Origin: Nostoc sp.
Lineage (GTDB): Bacteria; Cyanobacteriota; Cyanobacteriia; Cyanobacteriales; Nostocaceae
Length of the DNA: 64,000 bases
Reading direction: 5' to 3'
NCBI GenBank assembly: GCA_036918135.1
Contig: JBALDB010000067.1
Location: forward strand, 1 to 64,000
Shown: one piece after another, positions 1 through 9,844 of the stretch
Position numbering within the stretch: the first letter of the stretch is position 1
Layout: every line of letters starts with the position of its first letter
Made by a program: the position numbers and the translations under genes
The notes under the pieces: generated by a model
The model's input: only the letters and a program-made list of their open reading frames with translations
The model's database searches: none
Told to the model about the DNA's origin: nothing

Positions 1-287
1 GCGGCGAGCGTAGCGATCGCACTTCACCTGCCCACTTAAGCAAATTCATGCCTAGCAAGCTTTTTGGGCTTTTCTATCCGTCGAACTCACGTTAACTTAA
101 GACCCGAAAATTACAAAAAGATTTTCGGGTCTAGTGCTTGTTTTAAGATACAAGGTTAGGTCGAGAAACCAAATCTAACATTTCAGGCTTTGCAAGAAAT
201 CCGGGTAAAGCTCAACCCAACTTAAGACTGCTTAGCTCTCATACTTAGAAACTGATAAATAAATATCCCACTGTTCACAATCAACAC

Positions 288-707
288 TCAACTATTAAAT
301 ACTTCTAAAATCTGTCGGCAAATCTGTTTGAGCTTATCTCCGATTTCACCAGAAGGCAAAGATGCACCGACAAAACTCCAATTTTCTACCGTAGAGAGTC
401 GCCACGCCTCACCACGATGATCGAATCCAGCTACCTCCACACCGATCGCTCGGCGTGAATTATTGATCGGATCTTGATAAAATCGAATTTGAATTAACAC
501 ACTGCGACTTTGCCAAGATTTGCTTATACCAGGAAAGTGAAAGCCAATATCTATAGAATCAGGATCGACTAATTCCCTAGTTTCCGGGTCGTTCTTCCAA
601 GGTTTGAGGTCAGATTTGGCATCAGGAAACTCGAATTTAAACAAATTAACTACTGTAGCAATCTTACTGGCGAGTTGAAGGTTAGTTGCCTGTTCAGATG
701 CGTTCAC
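288..707 (-). CDS. Conserved cyanobacterial hypothetical protein (139 aa)
   Basis: Clean ORF with a GGAG RBS-like motif upstream of a GTG start. The sequence (DLKPW.ND..T...VDPDSIDIGFHFPG) resembles a cyanobacterial conserved hypothetical family. Confidence 0.75.
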   Translation of the reverse strand: MNASEQATNLQLASKIATVVNLFKFEFPDAKSDLKPWKNDPETRELVDPDSIDIGFHFPGISKSWQSRSVLIQIRFYQDPINNSRRAIGVEVAGFDHRGEAWRLSTVENWSFVGASLPSGEIGDKLKQICRQILEVFNS

Positions 708-1097
708 TTAAAAACACTCCTATATTGCGTCGGCTGGGGAAATGTGAAGACAGGAAAACCGCCAGAAGGCTTATAATATTGGTGTTTCAGCTTATCAAGA
801 CATTTTAAATTTAGCAACTTTAAATTAGGCTTTCCTAACAATAATCAGGTTAGAGTCAATAGCAACTAGTGCCGTCTTGGGGAGCCAGTCGCTTGCGAGA
901 GTTCCCCCTTCAGGCGAACTGGCGTATCTCTCCAAATGAAGCAACTAAAAAGATTCTAAAAATCGCTTCTTTTTGGAACTGGGTGATATATATTAAGTAA
1001 TTATACTTAAAATTTTCTCAAAGTAGATAAAACTTTGCTTTTTAGAGAAAATGTTGATATTCTCTCTAAAATCCTTGGCTGACAAGAATCCCCTTCT

Positions 1098-1250
1098 GAT
1101 ACCAACGCTCAATAATATGAGTCTATCGGCATAAAAGCCTTCTAATGAGATTTACAAAAATCTTTGCACCAAATGAATCGGCTCTACGGGTCTAAAGCTG
1201 TACGCCTCCACCCATACATCTGTCGTATTTTGAATTTCAAATTGGTATTA
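1098..1250. repeat. Degenerate small dispersed element with ATACCAA...TTGGTAT ends
   Basis: Begins gataccaac and ends ttcaaattggtatta. The 3' part resembles 33190-33230 (catct...ttttaaaattggtata). Confidence 0.4.
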
Positions 1251-1281
1251 TGACCTGCCATAGCACACGGTCTGAGATTAA

Positions 1282-1326
1282 AACCCCAGATTAATAACTG
1301 TAAAATTCAGCTATTAATCTGGGGTT
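1282..1326. terminator. Inverted repeat downstream of cysA
   Basis: Arms aaccccagattaata (1282-1296) and tattaatctggggtt (1312-1326), just past the cysA stop. Confidence 0.7.
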
Positions 1327-1352
1327 GTGTTCCTTAACAGACTGGTAAAAGT

Positions 1353-2375
1353 CTAAATTGAATAAGACAGTGGGAAAGACTTGGCATCTTTTGGCTTTAC
1401 ATACACCCGCTGTTTTGGTTCTAACTCTAATTGATTAAAGCGATCGCGTGTTAAATGTGCCGTCACTACTTGTCCGTCATCGAAAGTTAATTCTACCTGA
1501 ATTTCCCAACCCAAATGTATCAGCCGACTGACTATAGCAGGTGTAGTGGCACCGTTAGCAGTAGTTTCCAAAATTACATCTTGGGGACGTAAAAATACTT
1601 CTGGGGACACTGTATTAAACCCACTGCTTTGAAAAATCCTAGAGGTGCTAGGCAAGACATTTACCGGGCCGATGAAGCTCATCACAAATGCAGTAGCAGG
1701 ATTATCATAAATTTCTGCTGGTGTTCCTACTTGTTCTACACGCCCTTTATTCATTACCACAACTTCATCTGAGACTTCCATTGCTTCCTCTTGGTCGTGG
1801 GTAACAAAAACCGTGGTAACGTGTACTTCATCATGCAGGCTGCGTAACCAGGCGCGTAAATCTTTGCGGACTTTAGCATCAAGTGCGCCGAACGGTTCAT
1901 CTAGCAATAAAACTTCTGGTTCTACTGCTAATGCCCTTGCTAATGCTACCCGTTGTCTTTGACCACCAGAAAGTTGTGATGGATAGCGATCGCCTAGTCC
2001 ACTCAATTGCACCAATTCTAACAACTGTTCTACCCGTCCCTTAATCTTCTTTGGCTGTGCCTTGCGAATTTCTAAGCCAAAAGCAATATTCTGCCTGACA
2101 GTCAAATGCTTGAATAAGGCATAGTGTTGAAACACAAATCCAATATTCCGCTGTTGCACAGTCTGATATGTTGTATCCTTGCCGGTGAGCAGGATTTTGC
2201 CACTATCTGGCAGTTCTAAACCTGCAATTAAGCGCAGCAGAGTAGATTTACCCGATCCGGATGGCCCGAGTAATGCAACTAATGAACCGCTCTTAATTTC
2301 CAAACTGACGCGATCGACTGCCTTGAAACTTCCGAATTGTTTGGAGACATTTTCTACTACAATACCCACTGCCAC
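1353..2375 (-). CDS. cysA: Sulfate/thiosulfate ABC transporter ATP-binding subunit
   Basis: Walker [10 protein letters not shown], signature LSGGQRQR, the [23 protein letters not shown] motif typical of CysA, and a C-terminal TOBE-like region. Confidence 0.93.
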   Translation of the reverse strand: MAVGIVVENVSKQFGSFKAVDRVSLEIKSGSLVALLGPSGSGKSTLLRLIAGLELPDSGKILLTGKDTTYQTVQQRNIGFVFQHYALFKHLTVRQNIAFGLEIRKAQPKKIKGRVEQLLELVQLSGLGDRYPSQLSGGQRQRVALARALAVEPEVLLLDEPFGALDAKVRKDLRAWLRSLHDEVHVTTVFVTHDQEEAMEVSDEVVVMNKGRVEQVGTPAEIYDNPATAFVMSFIGPVNVLPSTSRIFQSSGFNTVSPEVFLRPQDVILETTANGATTPAIVSRLIHLGWEIQVELTFDDGQVVTAHLTRDRFNQLELEPKQRVYVKPKDAKSFPLSYSI

Positions 2376-3217
2376 TATACCTCTGCAATTAAATCTACAG
2401 TTCCTTGCTAGGATTACCGTGTCTTACATATACCATACATAGATATTTTTGGATAAACAAGATTTAGCTATGATCAATCCTGGTGCAATCTCAAGAACTA
2501 AAATTAATAGCACATCTAATTTAGGAGCGTATTGAGGATAACAAACTATTAGGAGCTTGGGAATTGAAGAAGTTCTCTAACCTGTTTCCAAAAGACCTGC
2601 CCAGGTACAGATGAATGTGCTGTTTTTGATAAACATCTATTAAATAATAAAGGTTCTAAAATCAGGGCTAAAATTCTTAATCCAAATCCAAAAGATTTAT
2701 ATCTAACAGGTGGAGATAGATTAGTATCGCTTATTAAAATAGAGATTATTAACTCCATCACCGAAAGATTATATTGATTAGAAGAAACAGATGTTAAGCA
2801 GAGAGTACAAAGCTTTTAATTATTTTGGGTAAGTTTAAAAATTGATTTTAAAAAATCAAGGCTACAAGTGATTATGTAGTTTTTGGTGGATATCAATTAA
2901 ATAGTCAAGGTTCTAAAATAATTGTTAAAATTCTGAGTCTAGAAGACTTGTATTAAACTAATGGGATTAAGAAAGTATCACTTAAGGATATAGAGATTCT
3001 CGACTCATAACATGACAAAGATGAATGCTAAGAATAATAATTAGGTTATTTTACTTGTGATTGCATTAACCAAATTTTTCATCGGCAATCTCACTATTTT
3101 GTATCGAAAGATTAAGGAATATTGCATTTCAATCAAAACCTGGAGGTAAAGCAGCAAATCAGCCGAAAGACCGTGGTAGTATGCTCAGGATAAATGTGAA
3201 GATTGGGAGAAAGACCT

Positions 3218-4438
3218 TTGACACTACGGGTTGCTGTTATTGGGTCAGGCCCTGCTGGTTCATCTGCCGCACAAACATTGGCCAAAGCTGGGATTGAAAC
3301 CTACCTGTTTGAGCGGAAGCTAGACAATGCTAAGCCTTGTGGGGGTGCGATTCCCCTGTGTATGGTGGATGAGTTTGACCTACCACCAGAGATTATCGAT
3401 CGCCGAGTACGGAAGATGAAAATGATTTCACCTTCCAACCGTGAGGTAGATATCAATCTGGTAAATGAAGAAGAATATATAGGAATGTGCCGCCGGGAAG
3501 TGCTGGATGGCTTTTTGCGGAATCGTGCGGCAAAACTCGGCGCAAATTTAATTAATGCCACTGTTCATAAACTCGATATACCTGCAAACAATACCGATCC
3601 GTATACCATTCATTATGTTGACCATACAGAAACTGGTACAGAAGGTATTGCCAAATCTTTAAAAGTGGATGTCATCATTGGGGCTGATGGGGCGAATTCC
3701 CGCGTTGCCAAAGAAATGGATGCCGGGGATTATAATTATGCGATCGCTTTCCAAGAGCGGATTCGCTTGCCCGAAGATAAAATGGCATACTATAACAACC
3801 TCGCGGAAATGTATGTCGGCAATGATGTTTCTACTGACTTCTACGCGTGGGTTTTCCCCAAATACGACCACGTAGCTGTTGGTACTGGTACGATGCAGGT
3901 CAATAAAGCTAGCATCAAACAGTTACAAGCTGGTATCCGCGCTCGTGCATCTGAGAAGCTGGCAGGCGGTAAAATCATCAAAGTAGAAGCGCACCCGATT
4001 CCCGAACATCCCCGTCCCCGTCGTGTCGTCGGTCGCATTGCGTTGGTGGGAGATGCTGCTGGTTACGTTACCAAGTCTTCTGGCGAAGGTATTTATTTTG
4101 CCGCTAAATCTGGGCGGATGTGTGCCGAAACCATTGTTGAAGTATCTAACGGCGGTAACCGTATTCCCACAGAAGACGACCTCAAGGTTTATCTGAAGCG
4201 TTGGGATAAAAAATACGGACTCACTTACAAGGTGCTGGACATTCTGCAAAGCGTCTTCTATCGTTCCGATGCCACCCGCGAAGCCTTTGTGGAAATGTGC
4301 GATGACCTCGATGTACAGCGGCTGACATTCGATAGCTATCTGTATAAAACCGTTGTTCCAGCTAATCCCATCACCCAATTGAAAATTACTGCCAAAACTA
4401 TTGCTAGTTTAATTCGGGGTAATGCCCTTGCACCTTAA
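3218..4438 (+). CDS. chlP: Geranylgeranyl reductase
   Basis: GSGPAG FAD-binding motif, NAKPCGGAIP, DFYAWVFPKYDHVAVGTG, GDAAGYVTKSSGEGIYFAAKSG. The TTG at 3218 is the likely start (ORF track begins at 3203). Confidence 0.96.
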   Translation: MTLRVAVIGSGPAGSSAAQTLAKAGIETYLFERKLDNAKPCGGAIPLCMVDEFDLPPEIIDRRVRKMKMISPSNREVDINLVNEEEYIGMCRREVLDGFLRNRAAKLGANLINATVHKLDIPANNTDPYTIHYVDHTETGTEGIAKSLKVDVIIGADGANSRVAKEMDAGDYNYAIAFQERIRLPEDKMAYYNNLAEMYVGNDVSTDFYAWVFPKYDHVAVGTGTMQVNKASIKQLQAGIRARASEKLAGGKIIKVEAHPIPEHPRPRRVVGRIALVGDAAGYVTKSSGEGIYFAAKSGRMCAETIVEVSNGGNRIPTEDDLKVYLKRWDKKYGLTYKVLDILQSVFYRSDATREAFVEMCDDLDVQRLTFDSYLYKTVVPANPITQLKITAKTIASLIRGNALAP

Positions 4439-4470
4439 GTGAGTACCCAGTTCTGAATTCTGATTCCTAA

Positions 4471-4525
4471 AATAAAGAAGCAGATGACTCATAATTTCAA
4501 ATTATGAGTCATCTGCTTCTTTATT
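4471..4525. terminator. Perfect 27-bp-arm palindrome after chlP
   Basis: aataaagaagcagatgactcataattt-c-aaattatgagtcatctgcttctttatt. Confidence 0.75.
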
Positions 4526-4814
4526 ATATTTATTTTATAATGTATTAACTTGATGTTAACTTGACATTTATTAAAATGATCGAGTAAGTTTGTGGTCACA
4601 ATATATTTTCTAGAAGTTAGAAAATCATGAAGTTTTTAAAGTACTCATAAAGTAGGCTTAATAAATATAAATTGGTGAATAAGATTTTCTAAAAAAAATA
4701 TAAATACTTCATAAAAACTACAAAAAGATATTGGCATATTTTCCGTAAATTGACTAACGTAGACTGGAGACTTACTTGAGAGAAGCTCCAAAATGAGAAT
4801 TGAAACCTAAGTTT

Positions 4815-5519
4815 ATGAAACGAAGTTTAGTTTTCACGACTGCTATATCTAGTTTTTTTGTGAGTGCGACTACAGCATTTAGTTTCTGTGGTCAAGTACA
4901 AGCTTTCTCTTTTTCTGGTATCTCCAGTGGTACATGGGGAGAACCTACTCCAGGGAGCCTTGATGTCAATCCTACATATACAGGTGTGGGAACCAACACA
5001 TTTACTTGGGGTCAACCTTCTTCACCATCAACACTTCCAAATAAACTAATTTTTAATGGAAGTTCCTTTTCAGGAAACACGGACTCTATATTCAAGATTG
5101 GTGAGTTGAAGTACTTTAACGAAACAGTACTCAAAGGCACAAGTGTTGAATTTGTACCTTTAAATCTCAATTTATCCCTTAACCCTGGTGTTGGAATCAA
5201 CCAAGCTTTTAACTTCAAATTTGATTTGGTAAATACACCGAATACCTCAACAAATCCTGAAGACAATGCAGATTTTGTATTTCTAGATACAAATTTCAAT
5301 GCTCACAGTTTCACGTTTGCAGGCAATAAATATACATTTGAGCTAATAGGCTTTAATCGAAATAGTTCTCAGTTCGGCATTAAAGCCCTTGAACAAGGTA
5401 CAATTACAACATCTGTTTATGCCAGAATCAAGACTATACCTGAACCTGCAACAATAGCAGGTCTATGCCTGGTAGGAATATACCTGGTATCCCGGAAAAA
5501 ATCCTTGTATAACAATTAG
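4815..5519 (+). CDS. PEP-CTERM-sorted surface protein with a choice-of-anchor K-like domain
   Basis: N-terminal signal peptide (..QVQA), a beta-rich body, and a C-terminal IPEPATIAGLCLVGIYLVSRKK PEP-CTERM motif. Confidence 0.85.
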   Translation: MKRSLVFTTAISSFFVSATTAFSFCGQVQAFSFSGISSGTWGEPTPGSLDVNPTYTGVGTNTFTWGQPSSPSTLPNKLIFNGSSFSGNTDSIFKIGELKYFNETVLKGTSVEFVPLNLNLSLNPGVGINQAFNFKFDLVNTPNTSTNPEDNADFVFLDTNFNAHSFTFAGNKYTFELIGFNRNSSQFGIKALEQGTITTSVYARIKTIPEPATIAGLCLVGIYLVSRKKSLYNN

Positions 5520-5697
5520 ATGTAAGTTTGTATAAGTGGTAATTGAAAAGTAATAAGTAATCTCCATAAATAAATTTAGACGACTTACAATCTATCTCTT
5601 TTTCTCTTTCTTTTGCCTTGTTCAGGGAATCGAACCTTAAAATTTCAAGGCAGAAGAACACAAAAATTTTGTGAAGAATTTGTGCAGTTCACAAAAA

Positions 5698-5721
5698 AAT
5701 CCCTCAGAATTTCTGAGGGAA
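5698..5721. terminator. Hairpin between convergent genes
   Basis: ccctcagaa-t-ttctgaggg preceded by an A run (U-tail on the minus strand). Confidence 0.65.
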
Positions 5722-5752
5722 GTTGAAGAGAGAATACTGTTTTTTGAGACAA

Positions 5753-6877
5753 CTATGCAGGATTAGGTTGGGTTCGGCTTTGCAATAGTTGGATAATTGC
5801 AGCTTTTTCTAAAATTCCAACCAAGACGCCGTTATTACGAATTACAGGAAGCGCAGATAGCTTTTGTTGTTCGAGTAGCTGCATGACTTCCAACAAAGGT
5901 CGATCTGATTGAACTGTGGTCGATTCGGTGATTGGTCTCATAACTTGTTTAACTTCAGTTTCAGACCATAGTGCTGTAGGGATGGTTCGTAAGTTATCAG
6001 TTGCGATCGCACCTACTAATTGTCCATCATCATCAGTCACTAAAAACCGATGCCAATTTTGTCCACTTACAATCTGTTCATCGGCAAACTCTCTTAAAGT
6101 CAGATTAGCAGATACAACCGGGCTATCGACAGTTACAGCATCTTCGGCTGTCAAACCTGTGAGTTTTTCTTGCACTCTAGCATATTGAGCCGCATTACCA
6201 GCATTTTGCAACAAGAAGAAGCCAACTAATAAGTTCCAGAAGTTACTGAAGCTGCCAAATAATAGTAGGGGAAGTATAGCTGAAAGAACTGCTACCCATC
6301 CAAAGATTTGCCCAACTGCACTGGCAAAAGTCACACCTTTATAAGGATTGTCTGTAATCTTCCAAACAATGGCTTTAAGTATATTTCCGCCATCTAAAGG
6401 CAAACCAGGAATCAAATTGAATAGCGCTAATGCCAAGTTTACAGTAGCCAAAACACCGAGAATTGCAGCTAGCGGCCCCGATACAGATGTAGTAACACCA
6501 ATTGCTGTAACGATTCCAAAGATTAGTAAGCTAACTAAAGGCCCGGCGATCGCTACCCAAAAAGCTTCAGCAGGAGTTTTCGATTCTTTTTCTAAGCTTG
6601 CTAAACCGCCAAATATAAATAGTGTGATGGATTTGACATCAATTCCTTGACGGATAGCAACAAAACTGTGTCCTAGTTCATGGGCGACGACAGAAGCAAA
6701 CAACATCAGCGCTGTCATCAATCCCAATAGCAAAGCTAATCCCGCAGATAATTGGGGAAATTGCGCCGCTAGTCCACTACTATAGCTCCAAGTCACCAAA
6801 CCTAGAACTAAAAACCACGACGGATGGATGTAGAAGGGAATTCCGAAGAGATTACCAACGCGAATTGTGCCATTCAT
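5753..6877 (-). CDS. Site-2 protease (peptidase M50) with tandem CBS domains
   Basis: HELGH zinc motif, FNLIPGLPLDGG motif, multiple TM helices and a C-terminal CBS pair. Start at MNGTIRVG (6877) preferred. Confidence 0.92.
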   Translation of the reverse strand: MNGTIRVGNLFGIPFYIHPSWFLVLGLVTWSYSSGLAAQFPQLSAGLALLLGLMTALMLFASVVAHELGHSFVAIRQGIDVKSITLFIFGGLASLEKESKTPAEAFWVAIAGPLVSLLIFGIVTAIGVTTSVSGPLAAILGVLATVNLALALFNLIPGLPLDGGNILKAIVWKITDNPYKGVTFASAVGQIFGWVAVLSAILPLLLFGSFSNFWNLLVGFFLLQNAGNAAQYARVQEKLTGLTAEDAVTVDSPVVSANLTLREFADEQIVSGQNWHRFLVTDDDGQLVGAIATDNLRTIPTALWSETEVKQVMRPITESTTVQSDRPLLEVMQLLEQQKLSALPVIRNNGVLVGILEKAAIIQLLQSRTQPNPA

Positions 6878-7116
6878 GTCGTTCACCTTTGATTTCATCT
6901 GCGAGAGGTTTGCTTTTGTTCCTCTCAATGTCTTTAGTGTAACGAAATGTTAAGGGTATTTAATCTTTGCAGCAGTAGTGGTATCCGTCTGTATAGGTGT
7001 GGTTATTAGCAGTTGGTAGAGACCTGATGAATTACATTTTTTAACTAGTGAGGCAGGAAGAACGCGGTTAATTGAACACATCCGGCATATAGGGAAATAA
7101 ATATCAGACGTAATCC

Positions 7117-7329
7117 AATACAGTTCAGTTAAAACTCGATCTTCCCTAACCCTCCTTAAAAATGAGAGAACTAAGCCCCCCAATTTATCAGGGGGTTATG
7201 GGGATCTCCGGTGCTATAGCTGTAGTCACACCCTTTAGGACAAAATGACAAGCGTGAATGCTAGGAATAGTAATAGTTTTACCTCCTACCCCCTGCCTCC
7301 TGCTATAAATACCATTAACTGAAGGTATT
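7117..7329. mobile_element. MITE-like element with a nested 93-bp element
   Basis: Imperfect TIRs aatacagttcagttaa and ttaactgaaggtatt. It contains a TATAGC...GCTATA element at 7215-7307. Confidence 0.6.
7215..7307. repeat. Small dispersed element, copy 1 (copy 2 at 42687-42795)
   Basis: tatagc(t/c)gtagtcacaccctttaggaca(a/t)aatgacaagcgt...tagtttacctcc...gctata is shared with 42687-42795. Confidence 0.85.
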
Positions 7330-7372
7330 AATTTATCAATCTAATTTGAAGTCTCAAAATTGCAAATCATTG

Positions 7373-7401
7373 ATCCCCGACTTTTTAAAGAAGTCGGGGA
7401 T
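7373..7401. repeat. REP-like palindrome ATCCCCGACTT(C/T)TTAAAGAAGTCGGGGAT, copy 1
   Basis: Further copies at 8357-8389 and 55059-55085. Confidence 0.85.
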
Positions 7402-7484
7402 ATGTTTTTCAGGAATGACTCAAGACTGCTATTTTATGCACAGATGCAATCTTAATCGCACCTTTATAGTATCTTTGCATAGTT

Positions 7485-8231
7485 TTATTCTGCGCTCACA
7501 AATTCCAAATATCCATTGCTGAGTTCTTTCACCGCCAAATCATAAAATTGCTTACCGTGTTCTGGCGTTGCTAAAGCCGGATTCGATCCCATGCGTCCAT
7601 CTGGATAACGTACTCGAAAGTCGGCTGCGCTATAAATCCTGTGTCCGCTTGCAACTTCTGGTGAAAGGGGTGCTTGCTTAATCGCCTCTGGATAAACGTA
7701 TTGAGTGAGGGCTACTTCACTAGGGGTTGCATGAGAACCTTCTCGATCCCGATATAATTCTTTAGCTAGTTTATATACTGAACTGCACATAAACCAGTTA
7801 GCCACTTGACATTGTACTTGTTGGGCATTGGCAATCTGCAAATCTTCTAAATAAGCGTAAGTTTCGGAAAAAGCGGCTTTCAGGGTGGCGATGTTACCGC
7901 CGTGTCCGTTGATAAAGTAGAACTTAGTAAAACCAGCTTTGACTAAACAAGTTACATAGTCTCGTACTACTTGAATTAAAGTGCTAGGACGCAGACTGAT
8001 TGTGCCAGGAAAAGCAGTATGGTGCAGTGCCATCCCTACATTGATTGTAGGGGCAACGATCGCTCCAGTTACATCGCCCACACCACGAGCGATCGCTTCT
8101 GCACAAATAGCATCAGTACCAATTAATCCCGTTGGCCCGTGTTGTTCTGTGGAACCGATAGGAAAAATAATACCCTTTGATTGCTGTAAATAAGTTTCGA
8201 CTTCTTGCCAAGTACTTAAATGTAGTAACAT
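7485..8231 (-). CDS. Creatininase family amidohydrolase
   Basis: PIGSTEQHGP..LIGTD, NGHGGN and HA...E motifs. Start at MLLHLSTW (8231) preferred. Confidence 0.9.
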   Translation of the reverse strand: MLLHLSTWQEVETYLQQSKGIIFPIGSTEQHGPTGLIGTDAICAEAIARGVGDVTGAIVAPTINVGMALHHTAFPGTISLRPSTLIQVVRDYVTCLVKAGFTKFYFINGHGGNIATLKAAFSETYAYLEDLQIANAQQVQCQVANWFMCSSVYKLAKELYRDREGSHATPSEVALTQYVYPEAIKQAPLSPEVASGHRIYSAADFRVRYPDGRMGSNPALATPEHGKQFYDLAVKELSNGYLEFVSAE

Positions 8232-8356
8232 TTTTGATGATTTTCCTCTGAGAAGGTATCTTCTGTGATTCAACTTCTACTAACATCATTATGAAGTTTC
8301 TTTGGCTTGAGTGGTGGCGATCGCTAAGGTTTCAATTTGTCAGAACTACAAGCCAC

Positions 8357-8389
8357 AGATCCCCGATTTCTTAAAGAAGTCGGGGATCT
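8357..8389. repeat. REP-like palindrome, copy 2
   Basis: agatccccgatttcttaaagaagtcggggatct. Confidence 0.85.
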
Positions 8390-8570
8390 TACAGTAGATT
8401 TCAAGTTATTTAAGTAGACAACAATTAGTTTGGTAGCCAGGTATTAAGTGTGTTTTACTCCTGGATTCACCAATTCTACTGTATTTTTTACTAAGGATTT
8501 AGGATTGAGTTATAAGATTTTGCTTTTCTAGTTCGTTAAGAAAACAAAGGGGATCAATCTCTAATCTTAA

Positions 8571-8853
8571 TTAATCAAAGTAATAATGCTTTTTTACGTT
8601 ACTTTTAATTTTCCTAGATGCAAGACATACCAGCGGGAAAAATTATCAAATCGCCTTCACCCATTTGTACTGGCTGTCTACTATCAGGAGTAACAACTAC
8701 ATCACCTTCCAAAAAGTAGCAAGTTTCTTGAGAATCATCAGTCCAGAGGAATTTGGAAACTTCCTTTTTTCAAATTGCACATTTGGACACACCCAATTGT
8801 TCGAGACGTTGTTGGCTGGGTTGATGCTCAACTTGAATTCTTATACTATGCAT
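8571..8853 (-). pseudogene. Cupin_3 (DUF861/EutQ-like) small cupin pseudogene
   Basis: Manual translation gives MHSIRIQVEHQPSQQRLEQLGVSKCAI*KKEVSKFLWTDDSQETCYFLEGDVVVTPDSRQPVQMGEGDLIIFPAGMSCI*E/IKSNVKKHYYFD*. Stops lie at 8770-8772 and 8614-8616, where Trp is expected, plus a frameshift near 8610. Confidence 0.85.
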
Positions 8854-8866
8854 TCTCTAGTTTTTT

Positions 8867-9226
8867 TCAACAGTAGGATTGAATATCCTCTCCACATTGA
8901 TCTACTAAATAACACAAAGCACGAAAACGCAAGCTGATGAGTTCGTCATAAAGGGGATTGAGCTTGCACATTGGAGGAATGTGACCGATTATGCGACCAA
9001 AAAGCATAATATCACGCTCGAATGGACACTGGGCAGGAATCAGCTTAGCAATAAATTTGGCGAATTTGCGATTCTCAATCTTGATTTTGTCTAGCCATTC
9101 ACGTAATGGTTGCAGTAAATCTAATTTTTGCTGAGGAATTTGTTTTTTAGTACCTGCAAGATTATTTTCTTGTAAAGGGCTAATAAAACCAGGTAGAAAA
9201 ATTCGCCGATTATTTGTTTTAAGCAT
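8867..9226 (-). CDS. Mo-dependent nitrogenase C-terminal-like domain protein
   Basis: IPAQCPFERDI.LFGR...HIPPMCKLNPLY.EL..LRFRALCYL motif. This is not a nitrogenase subunit. Confidence 0.88.
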   Translation of the reverse strand: MLKTNNRRIFLPGFISPLQENNLAGTKKQIPQQKLDLLQPLREWLDKIKIENRKFAKFIAKLIPAQCPFERDIMLFGRIIGHIPPMCKLNPLYDELISLRFRALCYLVDQCGEDIQSYC

Positions 9227-9844
9227 AGTTTTGAGCAAGGTTTTCCTTCTGTAGATGAACTACTTGTGTAGATGAACTATTTGCCGATTTAGAATATTGC
9301 CATGTAATTCGTCTGGATAATTTGCATTCTGCTTGTCAATCGAAGTAAAATCAGCAAAATCCAAATAATTTACATGCCTCTTTGGGGGGAAATAGTTTGA
9401 TTAATTGTTATTTAAGCCCACCAAATGTTCAAGAACTGTCCCGTTAAATACAAAATAACAAAGAAAATATAAAAATTGCATTTCTTTAACTTATTGATTC
9501 CTTATGTCACAAATTACAATTTTGTATTTTTAATATAAAAGTTTGGTTACAAAACTGCATAGTATCTAGAGATATACTTTCTAGAAGAAAAACAGAGTTT
9601 TACGGTAATTTCATATACACTTCGCTAGGATTAGCCTTTACTATCTATAGATATTAGGATGCTAAATATCCAGTACTCTGTTCCAGATATTACACAACTA
9701 ACCCAGATATTATCTAATCAGTGGTAGAAAATCCTTTGATAAGTTAAAACTAATGTTGATTGTTGATTGTTAACTGTTGACTTTTTATTTCTTGGAGTTC
9801 CCTAACTTCTGACAATACAGTCATTAGTCCGAATTAACAATTGA

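Noticed and set aside
2549..2761. 70-aa ORF between cysA and chlP
   Set aside because: No recognisable motif or RBS; both strands give similar short open frames.
8665..8937. 90-aa plus-strand ORF
   Set aside because: Shadow of the minus-strand cupin pseudogene.
8867..9226. Nitrogenase (nif) gene
   Set aside because: Only the small domain named after a nitrogenase C-terminus is present; there are no nif motifs or nif cluster.
9605..9618. NtcA box GTA-N8-TAC (gtaatttcatatac)
   Set aside because: Matches the minimal consensus but lacks a well-placed -10 box toward the adjacent gene, and such matches are expected by chance in AT-rich DNA.
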